Positions 26,001-38,239 of a stretch of DNA of 64,000 nt are shown here, piece after piece. Made by a program: the position numbers and the translations under genes. This DNA is from Marsupella aquatica (Eukaryota; Plantae; Marchantiophyta): NCBI GenBank assembly GCA_973895155.1, contig OZ316895.1, positions 2,281,659-2,345,658 of the forward strand. The letters are read 5' to 3'. Every line of letters starts with the position of its first letter. Within the stretch, counting starts at the first letter, position 1. The notes beneath the pieces were generated by a model. The model was not told the origin of the DNA. It worked only from the letters and a program-made list of their open reading frames with translations, and ran no database searches.

Positions 26001-29000
26001 GTTTCATGGTGCCGATGCTGACTTCTAATTGGCACACATACAATCTTACCCTACGAAAATCAGCTTAAAGAATCATATACACTAAATCCACAACCAAATA
26101 GTCTACAACCCAACCCTGGAATTGATGAACCTGATTTTCAACTCATTAAATCGCATTATCTTTCTCACACGGAGAGGACAGAATTTTTCTGACCTCTGCT
26201 GTAGTCCCAACAGACGCCATATGCAAACCACTTCCTCGAAGTCTGGCGCGAACATGAATCTGTTCGAAAAATGCATTAGAATTATCAAACATCAAGTTGG
26301 CCACCAAAATCCAAGTTGAGAAGACTTTTTTTGGCATCCAAAAGGGACAACCTTGGGGTTGTATCTCGGTAGACTACGGGTCTTACTTATGTGTCTCCAA
26401 CTGAAAAAGGACGCTGAAATATAATTAATCCACTTGGTGGGAACCGTAGTTCCAGGAAGCTCAAACTATTTGAAGAGATGGAGCACCATCTAAAATCCAG
26501 GATGGCCAAATATTTTTATCACACGACAGAACATACACAAAAATGACGACTCCTTTCAACAATCCAATAACATGGAAGGACACGAGTTGCAAAACCGAGA
26601 AGAAAACACAAAAACGATAAGATGCCTGATAGGAGGGTTAAAAACAGTACCACACCCAGAGTGCAAGGAGCTTCTGTTTGCCGCATTGCCCGATCCACAG
26701 CTGCCTTAAAGCGAGGCTGCAGGACCCTTAATGGCAGAGTGTCATCCGGAAACAAAACAATTCCTGTAAAATAGGATTGCGTGGAGTCAGATCAGCATCA
26801 TGCACAACCTCTAAACTATGGCAACTACAGGTCAGGGCAGATACTTTCAGAGTTCCCTTATGAAAGTCGCTTATATCGGGCCAATCCGTACAATCATTCA
26901 AAGCGTAATTTAACCTGGAACAAAAATCCCACCTAACGCAACAACATGTAAGACTGTTCGCTATACCGTGCGATGCCGTTGACTTCAATTCCTCAAAAAT
27001 AACCCTGAGAATAGCAACCTAGTGGAAGTGCAAACTATATCGCGCAATGTGCTCTCCGCGCTTATCCCTATACGAAGAAAACTGAAAGAGTCTAGCTGGC
27101 TAAAGATGCAATTACACGTACATTCCTTTTCATAAGGAAATAACCTGGAACCCATATTTTTCATTCCTGGACAACTATTACCTCAAAAGACTAAATCCTT
27201 TCATCCTATCCCCCATAGGATGCAACCACTGACGTATCTTCCACTACTTAGCGTTTTCGCCAAGGATCTGAAGGAGAATGAGTGTCAGACTGGACATCGA
27301 CAACAAACCTTCGAGATAGAACATAGGCATTGTCAGCAGAGCACCACCATCGAGAAATGACCGAGAATTGGCAACGTCATCCACTTCTGCATCATGGAAT
27401 ATTCATCGTGTTAGACGCAGATGAAGACAGCTGCTTTCTGCAGGGATATTTGCAAAATGTTGTGGACGGAGGCCATGCCTTCCACATGCATGGATTCCAC
27501 TAAGACCAAAAGTCAATCCGCCCCGACAAAGCGGGTCTTAGAGAGCAAAACAAGAACAACAGACACAAACAGCACAGGGAAATGATATTGGGTTGATACA
27601 CTCCGTCATGGACGAGCATCAAAGATGTTGCAAACGATAAGAGGATCCATCCTAGCCAAAATTAGGACTTTGCGTGAAAATTGAAGCACTGATTGGACCT
27701 ACCACCGAGATAAGTATGTAAGCTAGCGAGAGAAGTATCAAACGTGAAGCCACCACGAGGCCCAGCTCCACCATCTCCACGTCCATCAAAACTGCCAAAC
27801 TACCTTGAAACAGTCAGTGTGCTTCAACATGCTAATTAGAGAAACTTTTGTCAGGCCTCTTCAGCACTATCGGACTCTAGGAGAGTACTCAAAATGCTCA
27901 TGTTGTAGGCAGGACCCCACACAGGGACGAGTGACCTGAAGTAAAGGACCTTTAGAACCTGATAACACCTGATGACATCACTGAACAAGGCATCCTACAA
28001 TACGGCATCCGCCTACTAGTTAACGCGTTATCCTCCGAAAATGTATTACTTCGTTGCATCAAATTAAATTTCCATTACTTGTTCCTGAGATCACACGTTA
28101 AGATCTGCTAGAGAAAAAATTTACGAGAATTCCTATGGGTTGAACACGGCAGCGCTATTGACTCGCTGATTCAAATGCACTCGTCAGGATATAAATTGTC
28201 ATGCACTTTCCTTAACCTCGACATATTCATCCACCCGTCCTCTAGGAAAGTGTGACAACCTCGAGAGCAATGAGTCCTGACGGCACCAGCATTTTACACT
28301 AAGCCCTAAACGGAGGACAGTATTGTCCTTGTGAATGTATACTCATCATCTCAAAATTGCCTCAGGCCCGCCCATAGACCTATCTGATGACCGGTTCAAC
28401 AATTTTAGTAAGAAAATGTAAAAATCCGACGGCGTCATGCCGATTGGTCAAATTGGTAACGGACGTCAGCGAGGGTTCGGACGAATTGCACCATTGGCGA
28501 AGAAGTGGAACTTAAATTCAACATGTTCTCTGCGGCTATGCCATTTTTCGGGGTTAGCACTTAACCCTGAGAGGACATGTATTATCAGCAAGGATCCCAT
28601 TTGGTACTTTTACCGAGGAATGATTAGATTCTTCCAAAAATCTAATCATTCCTCGGTGGAAAACGTAAGTGTACTCGGCCCTAGAGAGAAATTAAGAAGT
28701 AAACGGCGAGGCAAAGATAGAGGAGGGGAGCGAGGGAGAGAAATTAGACGACCAGAACAATTCGAACCTGGAGTCATCGCTGTGAACGTCGTCTCCACCG
28801 TCAGAATCAACCTCTTCCACTTCCAGTTGTTCCAAGTCCAGCTCCCTGATCCTCTGCATTTGCAAGCGCTCGACTCCATCCGGTCTTCCCACGTCAAGGT
28901 CAGGTCCTGCCCCACCTGCTCCTGCTACGGCTCCCACAGTTGCTTCTTCTACTTCGCCCGTGGGTATCGATTGCTGTCCCTCCGCAGGAGCTTCCGCCAC

Positions 29001-29213
29001 CCGCAGCGTCTCCTCCTCTCCGTTGTCTCCCGCTCCTCCTGCTCCCGCAACAATCCCGCCTCCAATAATCTCCTGCGCTGCAATAATGTCTCCTGCTGCG
29101 CTAATCTCTCCTTCTCCTCCTCCTCCTCCTCCTCCTTCTGTTCCTTCTGCTTCTTCTAATCTCACAACCACATCGGCAAGGTCGTCCACGGCTTCGTTGC
29201 TCGCCTCCTCCAT
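23010..29213 (-). CDS. CRBN: Cereblon homologue (LON N-terminal + CULT domain), about 674 aa; exons 29213-28768, 27791-27703, 27386-27309, 26763-26651, 26259-26194, 25919-25818, 25552-24925, 24481-24276, 23704-23544, 23145-23010
   Basis: FDTSLASLHTYLG, PMFYLEGIVLFPDDTLPLRV, VVTRGRQRFRI, WPHWVYRMYD, RQELLEIDG, CKTC, YVNAHGYVHETLTL, SWFPGYAWTIAHCSYC..HMGWRF. All nine introns are GT-AG and phase-consistent. Confidence 0.92.
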
Positions 29214-29306
29214 TGTCTTCTGCTTTCGCCTCTTCTTCTTTCACGCTTCTTCTTCTAAATCTGCTGCGTACTCTGCTCGTCTATATCATGAAGCTTGTGT
29301 TCCCTG

Positions 29307-29309
<3 letters not shown>

Positions 29310-29339
<30 letters not shown>
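29310..29339. repeat. (CT)n microsatellite in the CRBN 5' region
   Basis: About 15 CT units. Confidence 0.95.
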
Positions 29340-29343
<4 letters not shown>

Positions 29344-29397
29344 GCCTCTCGCCCCCAACCCCTCCCCTCCCGGGCATTCTGGGAGGGGGTGAAGACT

Positions 29398-30063
29398 AAC
29401 AAACCTTTCCACTTGTTGTTTTTTAGTTTTCCCCTCCATTTAGTGGGCTCTGTGTATCTTGGTTTCGCACTTTTTGTTCCTTGGTAATCATACGTTACAG
29501 TAATAGCGTAACTTGTCAATGTATTATTGACTCGAGAAAACTCATTGAATTACAGCCCAAAAGTCAGCATACAACTAGAGCGGCCCACACAGGGGGTTGG
29601 CACCCTGGGGGAACCAAAGGTTGACATGCCTAACACCGGATTGTTGTCATGTATAATATAAGAAAATCCTAAAATAGTAGTAGGAAAGTATTTTCCTTTC
29701 CTCAGTGTAAGCCATCATGACAATACAGTGGGGTCTAGTTACAACAAGTGTGCATTCCATCAGACAAAGTATTGCAAATATTGCAGACAAATACATACTG
29801 GGGTTTTTTTGGGGCCCCCATCACAACTACTTAACAAAGTTCAGGCAACAATCTACCCATGTCTAATAAATGCAGGCTCCTGAGCAAACCTTTCCACTTG
29901 GTTTTTCCGTTTTTCCCTCAATTTTTATTGTCTCTCTTGTGTATCTTGGCTAGGCACTTTTTGTTCCTTGAGACGGTGATAATTATTTATACAATCTACC
30001 CATGTCTAATAAGTGCAGGCTCCCGAGCAAACCTTTCCACTTGTTTTTGTCCGTTTTTCCCTC
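29398..30063. repeat. Three diverged direct repeats in the CRBN-PPR intergenic region
   Basis: CAAACCTTTCCACTTG at about 29400, 29885 and 30028. ACAATCTACCCATGTCTAATAA.TGCAGGCTCC at about 29848 and 29991. Confidence 0.75.
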
Positions 30064-30707
30064 TATAACAAATACAGTAGGGAGTTAAGGTCAATCAAAT
30101 TGAGAGGCCATCTTTGAGACCCCCTATTGAGAAGTAACTGGAGACCTTAAACAAATACGTTTACCCAACACAATAACAAAGGAGGGAGCAGAATACGTTT
30201 AGCCAACACAAAGACGAAGGAGGAACAGAATGGAAAGATCGTGGAGAACGAGGGCGATCAATCTCCAGACGAATCTGGAATAGCTACTTCAGCTAGGCTC
30301 GGTCCAATTCAATCCCATATGACAGATCAAAGGATTATGCGAGCAAATTGGAGTGAGAGATCAGGGTTTAGCACTGCCGCCTTCGCCTTCTCAGAGCTCG
30401 TCCTCCTCGCCACCATAGCCACTGCAAACACATGGACACTGAACATTTACGTGCAGCAGCAGCAGCAAGCGGCTGAGGGTTTAGCAGTATGACGGAAGGA
30501 AAGTTGCGCTGCTTAATCGTTAATGAGTGTCGACGAAGGCGAGCGGGAGATGGAGCTAGCCTCTGGGCCCCGAAATCGCATTGGATTGCATTACGTTAGA
30601 GTGAGTTGCATGATGGCGAATTTCAGTGTGAAAGGAGGAAGTGGGAGGCAGCATTGGTCTTGGAGCAGGGGCGTGCTGGACTAAGAAAAAAGGAGGCAGG
30701 GTTTCCT

Positions 30708-33700
30708 ATGAGTGAATTCATGAAAGGGGGCAGCCTAATCCTGTCGGGGTTGGGGACGCCGGTGCAGACTCTGCCACAGCAGCAGGCCCCGCACCTCTCC
30801 TCTGCCTCCACCTCTTGCTCCACCTCTTGCTCCACCTCTTGCTCCGCCAGCCTCTCTTCCCACTTCCAGCCCTGTCGATGGCTTCGCTATCATACCTTGC
30901 ATACCATCAGGTCGGTTCCAAGGACCCTTACCTACATTTAATAGTGTCGGTTGTTGTTTACTTTCTGTCCTTCTTGACGTACACACACATTGCTTTCTGC
31001 TTGTTGTGATAGTCGTTTAGGTTTCATTTTTCATTCTTCTGTTGCTGTACTTGGAAAATGTTCGTCCAAATGGGCAATCTACAAATGAGCCTGTTTTAGT
31101 ACTACGCTCTATGTTATTCATTGGGATATATTCTAAATCGATTCGACATGGACTACTAGGAATAAATCTCTTAGGACTGTCGTTTAAATTCTAGGGAGGA
31201 TTGTGTCCCTTCCCTTCCCTTTTCGAAAAATTGTATCCAATGTATAGTCCTTGGTCACGTCTTTGGATTGCAGAGCATTGCCCACCATTCCCCATCCACT
31301 TAAATTGCAAATTGTATTCTTTAACTTTTTCAGGCCTCTCAGGAGAGCACTTTGGATGGATTGCCGGTCAATTCCAGCAGGGCTCAATTTGATTGCTCAA
31401 GGCAGATTGCAATCTCGTGCCAGCTATGGCAACAGAGATTGGTCTCGAGACACTGCACAAGGAAATGGCAGTACGCACATGCATAGCGCTGGTACCACGA
31501 GTCAAGCAATTGCTATTTTGAAGAATCGTCTACAACGAGGTATTAATGTCGACTCGTACATGTATGTTGATATTCTGAGAAGGTGTGTGAAGCAGAAAGA
31601 CATTTTAACGGCCAAGCAGGTTCATGACTGGATCATTCAGACTGGAATGGAGAAGAATCCATCTCTAGCGAGGTGCCTCTTGAATGTGTACATCCAATGC
31701 GGGAAACTGTTGGATGCACGCAGAGTTTTTGATGAGCTTGAGAAGAAGACTATTGTTACATGGACCATGATGATTGCAGGATATGCAAAGTACGATAATG
31801 CTGAATCCGCATTTGAAATTTTCAATCAAATGCGCCAAGAAGGTTGTCGGCCTAATGAGGTCACTTATTTGAGCATCCTGAAGGCATGTGCCAGCCCATT
31901 CGCCCTAACATGGGGAAAAGAAGTTCATGTGTGCATTCGACATGCCGGCTTTGAATCGGATGTTCGTGTAGGGACTGCCCTACTTAAGATGTATGCAAAG
32001 TGTGGGTGCATAACGGACGCAAGGCGACTTTTTGAAAATGTACGCAATCGAGATGTCATCACATGGAATGTAATGATTGGTGGACTTGCACAACATGGAT
32101 GTGGCCATGAAGCATATCGACTGTTTCTCCAAATGCGACGGGAAGGCTTCGAACCAAATGCAATTACTTATGTCAGCATCCTGAATGCATCTGCAAGCAC
32201 AGGGGCTTTGGAGTGGGTGAAGGAGGTTCACGGCCATGCTAGCAGAGCAGGACTCGAGTCAAATTTGCGAGTTGGTATTGCACTGGTTCACATGTATGCA
32301 GAGTGTGGCAGTATGGATGACGCACGACGAGTTTTTGACAGAATGGAGAAACGCGATGTGGTGACATGGAATGTAATGATCGGTGGACTTGCACACCATG
32401 GATGTGGGCATGAAGCGTATCGCCTGTTTCTCCAAATGCGACAGGAAGGCTTCGAACCAGATGCTATCACTTATATGAGCATTCTAAATGCATCTGCAAG
32501 TCCGAGGGCGTTGAAGTGGGTGAAGGATATTCATGGCCATGCTATCAAAGCGGGACTGGAGTCAGATTTGCGTGTGGGCAATGCACTGGTTCACATGTAT
32601 GCAGAGAGTGGCAGTATGGATGATGCCCGACAGGTTTTTGACAGAATGGAGAAACGTGATGTACTCACATGGACTGCAATGATCGGTGGACTTGCACAAC
32701 ATGGATGTGGGCGTGAAGCATATCGAATGTTTCTCCAAATGCGACAGGAAGGCTTCGAACCAGATGCAATCACTTATATGAGCATCCTAAACGCATCTGC
32801 AAGTCCGGGGGCTTTGGAGTGGGTGAAAGAGGTTCATGGCCAAGCTAGCGAAGCGGGACTGGAGTCAGATTTGCGTGTGGGCAATGCACTGGTTCACATG
32901 TATGCAGAGATTGGGAGTATAGAAGATGCCCGACTGGCTTTTGACAGAATGGAGAAACGTGATGTAGTCACATGGACTGCAATGATCGGTGGACTTGCAC
33001 AACATGGATGTGGGCATGAAGCATATCAACTGTTTCTACAAATGCGACGGGAAGGGTTTGAACCAGATGCAATCACCTATGTGAGCATCCTACACGCATC
33101 TGCAAGTGCGGGGGCTTTGGAGTGGGTGAAGGAGGTTCATGGCCAAGCTAGCGAAGCGGGACTGGAGTCAGATTTGCGTGTGGGAAATGCACTGGTTCAC
33201 ATGTATGCAGAGAGTGGCAGTATAGATGAAGCCCGACGAGTTTTCGAGAGAATGGAGAAACGCGATGTAGTCACATGGAATGTGATGATCGGTGGACTTG
33301 TACAACATGGATGTGGGAATGAAGCATATCGACTGTTTCTCCAAATGAGAGAAGAAAGGTTCGAACCTAATGCAATCACTTATCTCAGCATTCTAAGTGC
33401 ATCTGGAAGTGCCCGAGCTTTGGAGTGGGTAAGGGAGGTTCATGGCCATGCTAGCAAAGTGGGACTGGAGTCAGATTTGCGTGTTAGCAATGCACTGGTT
33501 CACATGTATGCAGAGAGCGGCAGTATAGATGATGCCCGACTGGTTTTTGACAGAATGGAGAAACGCGATGTAGGTACATGGACTAGCATGATCGGTGGAC
33601 TTGCACAACATGGATGTGGGCATGAAGCATATCGAATGTTTCTCCAAATGCGACAGGAAGGCTTCGAACCAGATGCAATCACTTATACGAGCATGCTCAA

Positions 33701-35402
33701 TGCATCTGCAAGTGCAGGGGCTTTGGAGTGGGTCAAGGAGGTTCATGGCCAAGCTAGCGAAGCGGGACTGGAGTCAGATTTGCGTGTGGGCAATGCACTG
33801 GTTCACATGTATGCAAAGAGTGGCAGTATAGTTGATGCCCGACTAGTTTTTGACAGAATGGAGCAACGTGATGTAGTCACATGGACTGGAATGATCGGTG
33901 GACTTGCACAACATGGATGTGGACATGAAGCATATCAACTGTTTCTCCAAATGCGACGGGAAGGCTTCGAGCCAGATGCAATCACTTATCTCAGCATCCT
34001 GAAGGCAACTGCAAGTGCGGGGGATTTGAAGTGCGGGAAGGAGGTGCATGACCATGCTATCAAAGCGGGACTGGAGTCAGATTTGCGTGTGGGCAATGCA
34101 CTGGTTCACATGTATGCAGAGAGCGGCAGTATAGATGACGCACGACGGGTTTTTGACAGAATGGAGAAACGCGATGTAGTCACATGGAATGTAATGATAG
34201 GTGGACTTGTACACCATGGATGTGGGCGTGAAGCATATGGACTGTTTTTCCAAATGCGCGAGGACGGCTTGGAACCGAGTGGAATCACTTATACGAGCAT
34301 CCTGAATGCAGCTGCAAGTGCCGGGACTTTGGAGTGGGTGAAGGAGGTTCATGGCCATGCCAGCGAAGCGGCACTGGAGTCAGATTTGTGGGTCGGCAAT
34401 GCACTGATTCACATGTATGCAGAGATGGGCAGTATAGATGATGCCCGACTAGTTTTTGATAGAATGGAGAAACGTGATGTAGTCACATGGACTACCATGA
34501 TCGGTGGACTTGCACACCATGGATGTGTGCATGAGGCCCTGGCACTCTTTAAAAAAATGAATGCCGATCTGGTGAGTCCCAATGGAACTACATTTGTGGC
34601 ATTGTTGTCAGCCTGTTGTCATGGGGGCCTTGTCGATGATGGCCGTAGACTCTTTTCAGTTATGACGCAAGATTATGGCATCGAGCCTACTGTTGTGCAT
34701 TATACCTGCATGGTGGATCTTCTTGGGCGGGCTGGACACTTGGAGGAAGCAAAGCTCTTCATTAGGGACATGCCAATTGAACCAAATGGAGTAACTTGGA
34801 CAGCCTTGCTTGGGGCTTGTAGAACCCACGGTAATGTGGAGTTGGGCGAGCTTGCCGCGAACGAGCTTTTCAAGTTGGAACCCAACAGCTCCTCTACCTA
34901 TGTGCTTCTCTCCAACATTTATGCTGCAGCTGGCAAATGGGAGAAGGTTTCATTGGTGCGCACGATGATGCAAAAGAGAGGTGTTCGGAAGGAGCCAGGG
35001 CGTAGCTGGATTGCAGTTGATAAGAAGCTCCACGGATTTGTTGTAGGGGATACATCTCACCCGGAAGCGAAGGCGATATATGCTGAGCTCAATAAATTGA
35101 TTGAAAAACTGAAGAGTGAAGGCTACATCCCGGATACCCGGCTTGTGTTGCATGATATCAATGAGGAGGATAAAGAACTAGCCCTTTGCTCCCATAGTGA
35201 GAAGTTGGCTATTGCTTACGGACTAATGCACATACCTCGGGGTGAACCAATTCTTGTAAGGAAGAACCTTCGGGTGTGTCCAGATTGCCATACGGCAACA
35301 AAGTTTATCTCTAAGGTGACAGGACGCGAGATTGTAGCAAGGGATGCAAGCCGCTTTCACCATTTTAAAGATGGCATGTGTTCTTGTGGTGATTACTGGT
35401 GA
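30708..35402 (+). CDS. PLS-class PPR protein with E1-E2-DYW cytidine deaminase domain (organellar C-to-U editing factor); likely exon 1 30708 (or 30720)-30910, exon 2 31334-35402
   Basis: About 32 P/L/S motifs, PG box PGRSWI, HSEKLA, KNLRVCPDCH, C-terminal CSCGDYW. The upstream Ser-rich exon joins in phase 2 (AG|GTCGGT ... TTTTTCAG|G). Confidence 0.93.
31950..34525 (+). repeat. 303-bp tandem repeat (P-L-S triplet), about 8.5 highly similar units inside the PPR CDS
   Basis: GGTGGACTTG...CATGGATGTGG recurs every 303 nt. Antisense shadow ORFs at 32288, 32591, 33197, 33500 and 34106 are offset by multiples of 303. Confidence 0.95.
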
Positions 35403-35653
35403 CCAGATTGAAACGTGGAAGAAGGGCATTCATTCAAATGCATTTTTTTCGAGAGGTGTTTATTGCCGTCCTCGGCGATGGCAGGTCGGTAAGATGTTTT
35501 GAGATTATGCAATTTGATGTTGCAGGTCGTAAAATATAACGGTGGCAAGTTAACCAGACAAGGCTTACATACACAGTGGAGGAAATGTACCTGTGGATCA
35601 GCAGCAAATTGCGAAGGGAGTGGAACAGACTAAAGGCCACACTCGAAGCTCAA

Positions 35654-35903
35654 GAGTCGAGTTGTCCACCATTTCAAGTAACTCGTGTTTTTATGAAGGC
35701 ATTGGCATAAGTGACAGAACAGGAGAGGGAGCCGATCCCTCTACTCTACCGGCTGCCTTCACACATACGAAGCATGATGAGTCGAGTTGTCCACCATTTC
35801 AAGTAACTCATTTTTTTATGAAGGCATGGGCATAAGTGACAGAACAGGAGAGGGAGCCGATCCCTCTACTGTACCGGATGCCCTCACACTTACGAAGCAT
35901 GAT
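35654..35903. repeat. ~125-bp tandem duplication downstream of the PPR gene
   Basis: GAGTCGAGTTGTCCACCATTTCAAGTAACTC...ACGAAGCATGAT occurs twice head-to-tail. Confidence 0.9.
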
Positions 35904-37979
35904 CGCCCTCATTTCGTTTGGAAACAGGCCGTTGCCTGTGTCTGCTACGGAGGTCCCTGCCAAACATACCTTCGTCTGTAGACGAGAGGATCACTGCAAA
36001 GAGGAGTTCGATTGGACTTTGAGCACATTACTCGTGCTAATCCATACTCCCGAGCTCAGAGGCTCGTTGGATAACGTAATTTCTCCTGATATAGGAAAAA
36101 TCAAGAGAGGCAAAGGATACACAGAATGCCTACCTCAGATTAAAGGAATATTAAGATTACCTGAAGTTTATAACCTTTGTGAGAAGATTAAGAAGAAGAA
36201 GCAGTGAGAAAAGGAGAAGCAAGAATGGGGAAGGAGACCAACAACTGATTATTGAAACGAGCAGAAGCCAGCCAGTGTCCTAAAACATTTATCCCGTATA
36301 TGCAAAACAACAATTATTATTGGTTAGTCTTGGGGAGTGTCTTGCGATCCACTCTAGAAATGATGGAACGATCTAGCAGGATACCACCAGGATACCAATT
36401 TCGATCTCAATTGAGAATGGGCAAAACATCAATACGGGGAGGATGGTGTCCTTGGATGGAAAAATTGCTTCATGAAGGTATATCTATCTATTCAAAATCA
36501 CTGATGGGGTTTAACCATCCACTTTGTTCTTGTATGAACATTCTGCACCATGCTATCATCTAGTTGGCAGCCAACCAAAAGCAGTCACAAGGCATACCCT
36601 TAACAGCTTGCACATTCATAAATCTCCCTTGACATCAAACAATGTCACTCTGTCATTGCATGATCAAAAGAGCACCCTCACTTTGCCAAACCCAAAGAAA
36701 GGGATACAGGTTATTATAAAGACTCTAGATGGTCGACAACCAAAAGGAATGAAACACATCATGTAGGAATGCCCCAACTTGGAGTGTTCTTAAACAGGGA
36801 GTTTTCCTTTACAGGAGCCCACATAGTGCCAACGTGATTGCACTGTTGATGAGAACCCATCAAGTGAATCCGAAAATTATGTCCCCGTCAAGTGTGCTTC
36901 TCAACCAACAACCCCACCAAGTAATAAGTTTTATCTCAAGCACTGGAGTGGTGGTCATCTCAAGTTGCCCAGGGTGAGTTTTGACGACAGGTCTGATGTT
37001 CAACCCCTACCAATTAATTATGTGGCGGGTGTAATATTTAACTAATAATTTGTAATCAAAAGCTACACTCTAGGGCCTATGGTCTAGAGTGTAGTCTCTA
37101 GATGGTGCATAGGTAGCAGCAAATGGGAAAGGCAACCTTGACGTTGAGCAGCACGCTGGCAGTCATAGATATAGATATAGATATACTCTGGTGTGATATA
37201 GATCTTCCAGAGTTTTAATATAAATGGATTTTTCATATTTGGTATACACCACGTGTGCTTGTAGTAGTTAGTAATTATATGAGAAGATATAATAATACAA
37301 ACCATCTGGTTGTGGAAGCCAGTTGAGGGCTTGCTCAAGGGCAGATTCCCCTTGAGAAAGAGTAAATAAATCTCTCTATCAATCTTACTTATAAAGTGCA
37401 AACCTCAAGCTAGAGTTGAGGTCTAGGCTTCTAGAGTGCAACCTCCGGACTGTAACTCTAGAGCCCCACCAAATGTATGGTATGTCATGCATGCTGACTT
37501 TGTCATCATCTCTGTTGCCTTTCAAAGAATGGGCATTCAGGCTGGTAGAACAATGATCTCAACAGTGAGGTGGATGAACTACCCTGTAGCTTAGTAATTG
37601 GGTGGATACAGAATAGAGGGACTTTGTCAGCTGATTCTCCCCCCTACAAAGCATTTTGCTCACCTTGAAGTGCAAATTGGGGGCAGCAGAATTTCTCTCC
37701 ACCTTAGTTTATACCAACTGACCGTGGACAAAGTGCCTCACTGTCCCATTTACTGAAGAAAAGGGGCCGCAGTGGGCAGCAGCATCAGGGACTAGGACGG
37801 GCAGTGTAGTTTAGGGGTTAGGGTCAGTATACTGCCCGTTCTCGCCTTTGGAAGTGCGCGGATTTTTCTCTTTCCTCATACTCGGGGTGGAATGCGAATC
37901 TCAATTTTACTTAGTTTTCTAACTAAGAGACAAGTAATGGACAAACATCACAATGCCCCAATCTCATAAAGTCTTGAAG

Positions 37980-38174
37980 GGTCATTGATGCTCCATGATT
38001 CTTCATTGATGCTTTCTCAGAAAGTGGTGGAATGGTCATTGATGCTCCATGATTCTTCATTGATGCTTTCTCAGAAAGTGGTGGAATGGTCATTGATGCT
38101 CCATGATTCTTCATTGATGCTTTCTCAGAAAGTGGTGGAATGGTCATTGATGCTCTTTGATTCTTCATTGATGC
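37980..38174. repeat. 54-bp minisatellite, about 3.5 copies
   Basis: Unit GGTCATTGATGCTCCATGATTCTTCATTGATGCTTTCTCAGAAAGTGGTGGAAT. Confidence 0.95.
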
Positions 38175-38239
38175 ATTTTTGGTGTGCTCTCTTATTTGAT
38201 GACGAAAGAAGTCAACGCCAAGTTGTTCATGACGACCCT

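Noticed and set aside
28437-29487. 240-aa and 175-aa plus-strand ORFs
   Set aside because: Antisense to the low-complexity CRBN exon 1 and the CT microsatellite.
30878-30910. MASLSYLAYHQ as PPR exon 1
   Set aside because: A phase-0 join to the 31333 acceptor is out of frame and reaches a stop near 31486; the phase-2 frame fits.
32288-34358. Family of similar 60-93 aa minus-strand ORFs
   Set aside because: Antisense shadows of the 303-bp PPR units.
37021-37471. Possible second solo LTR (TG...CA, hairpin CTACACTCTAG/CTAGAGTGTAG at 37063-37094)
   Set aside because: No matching TSD found and the boundaries are ambiguous.
37811-37823. Telomere-like TTAGGG repeats
   Set aside because: Only two imperfect units, not an interstitial telomere array.
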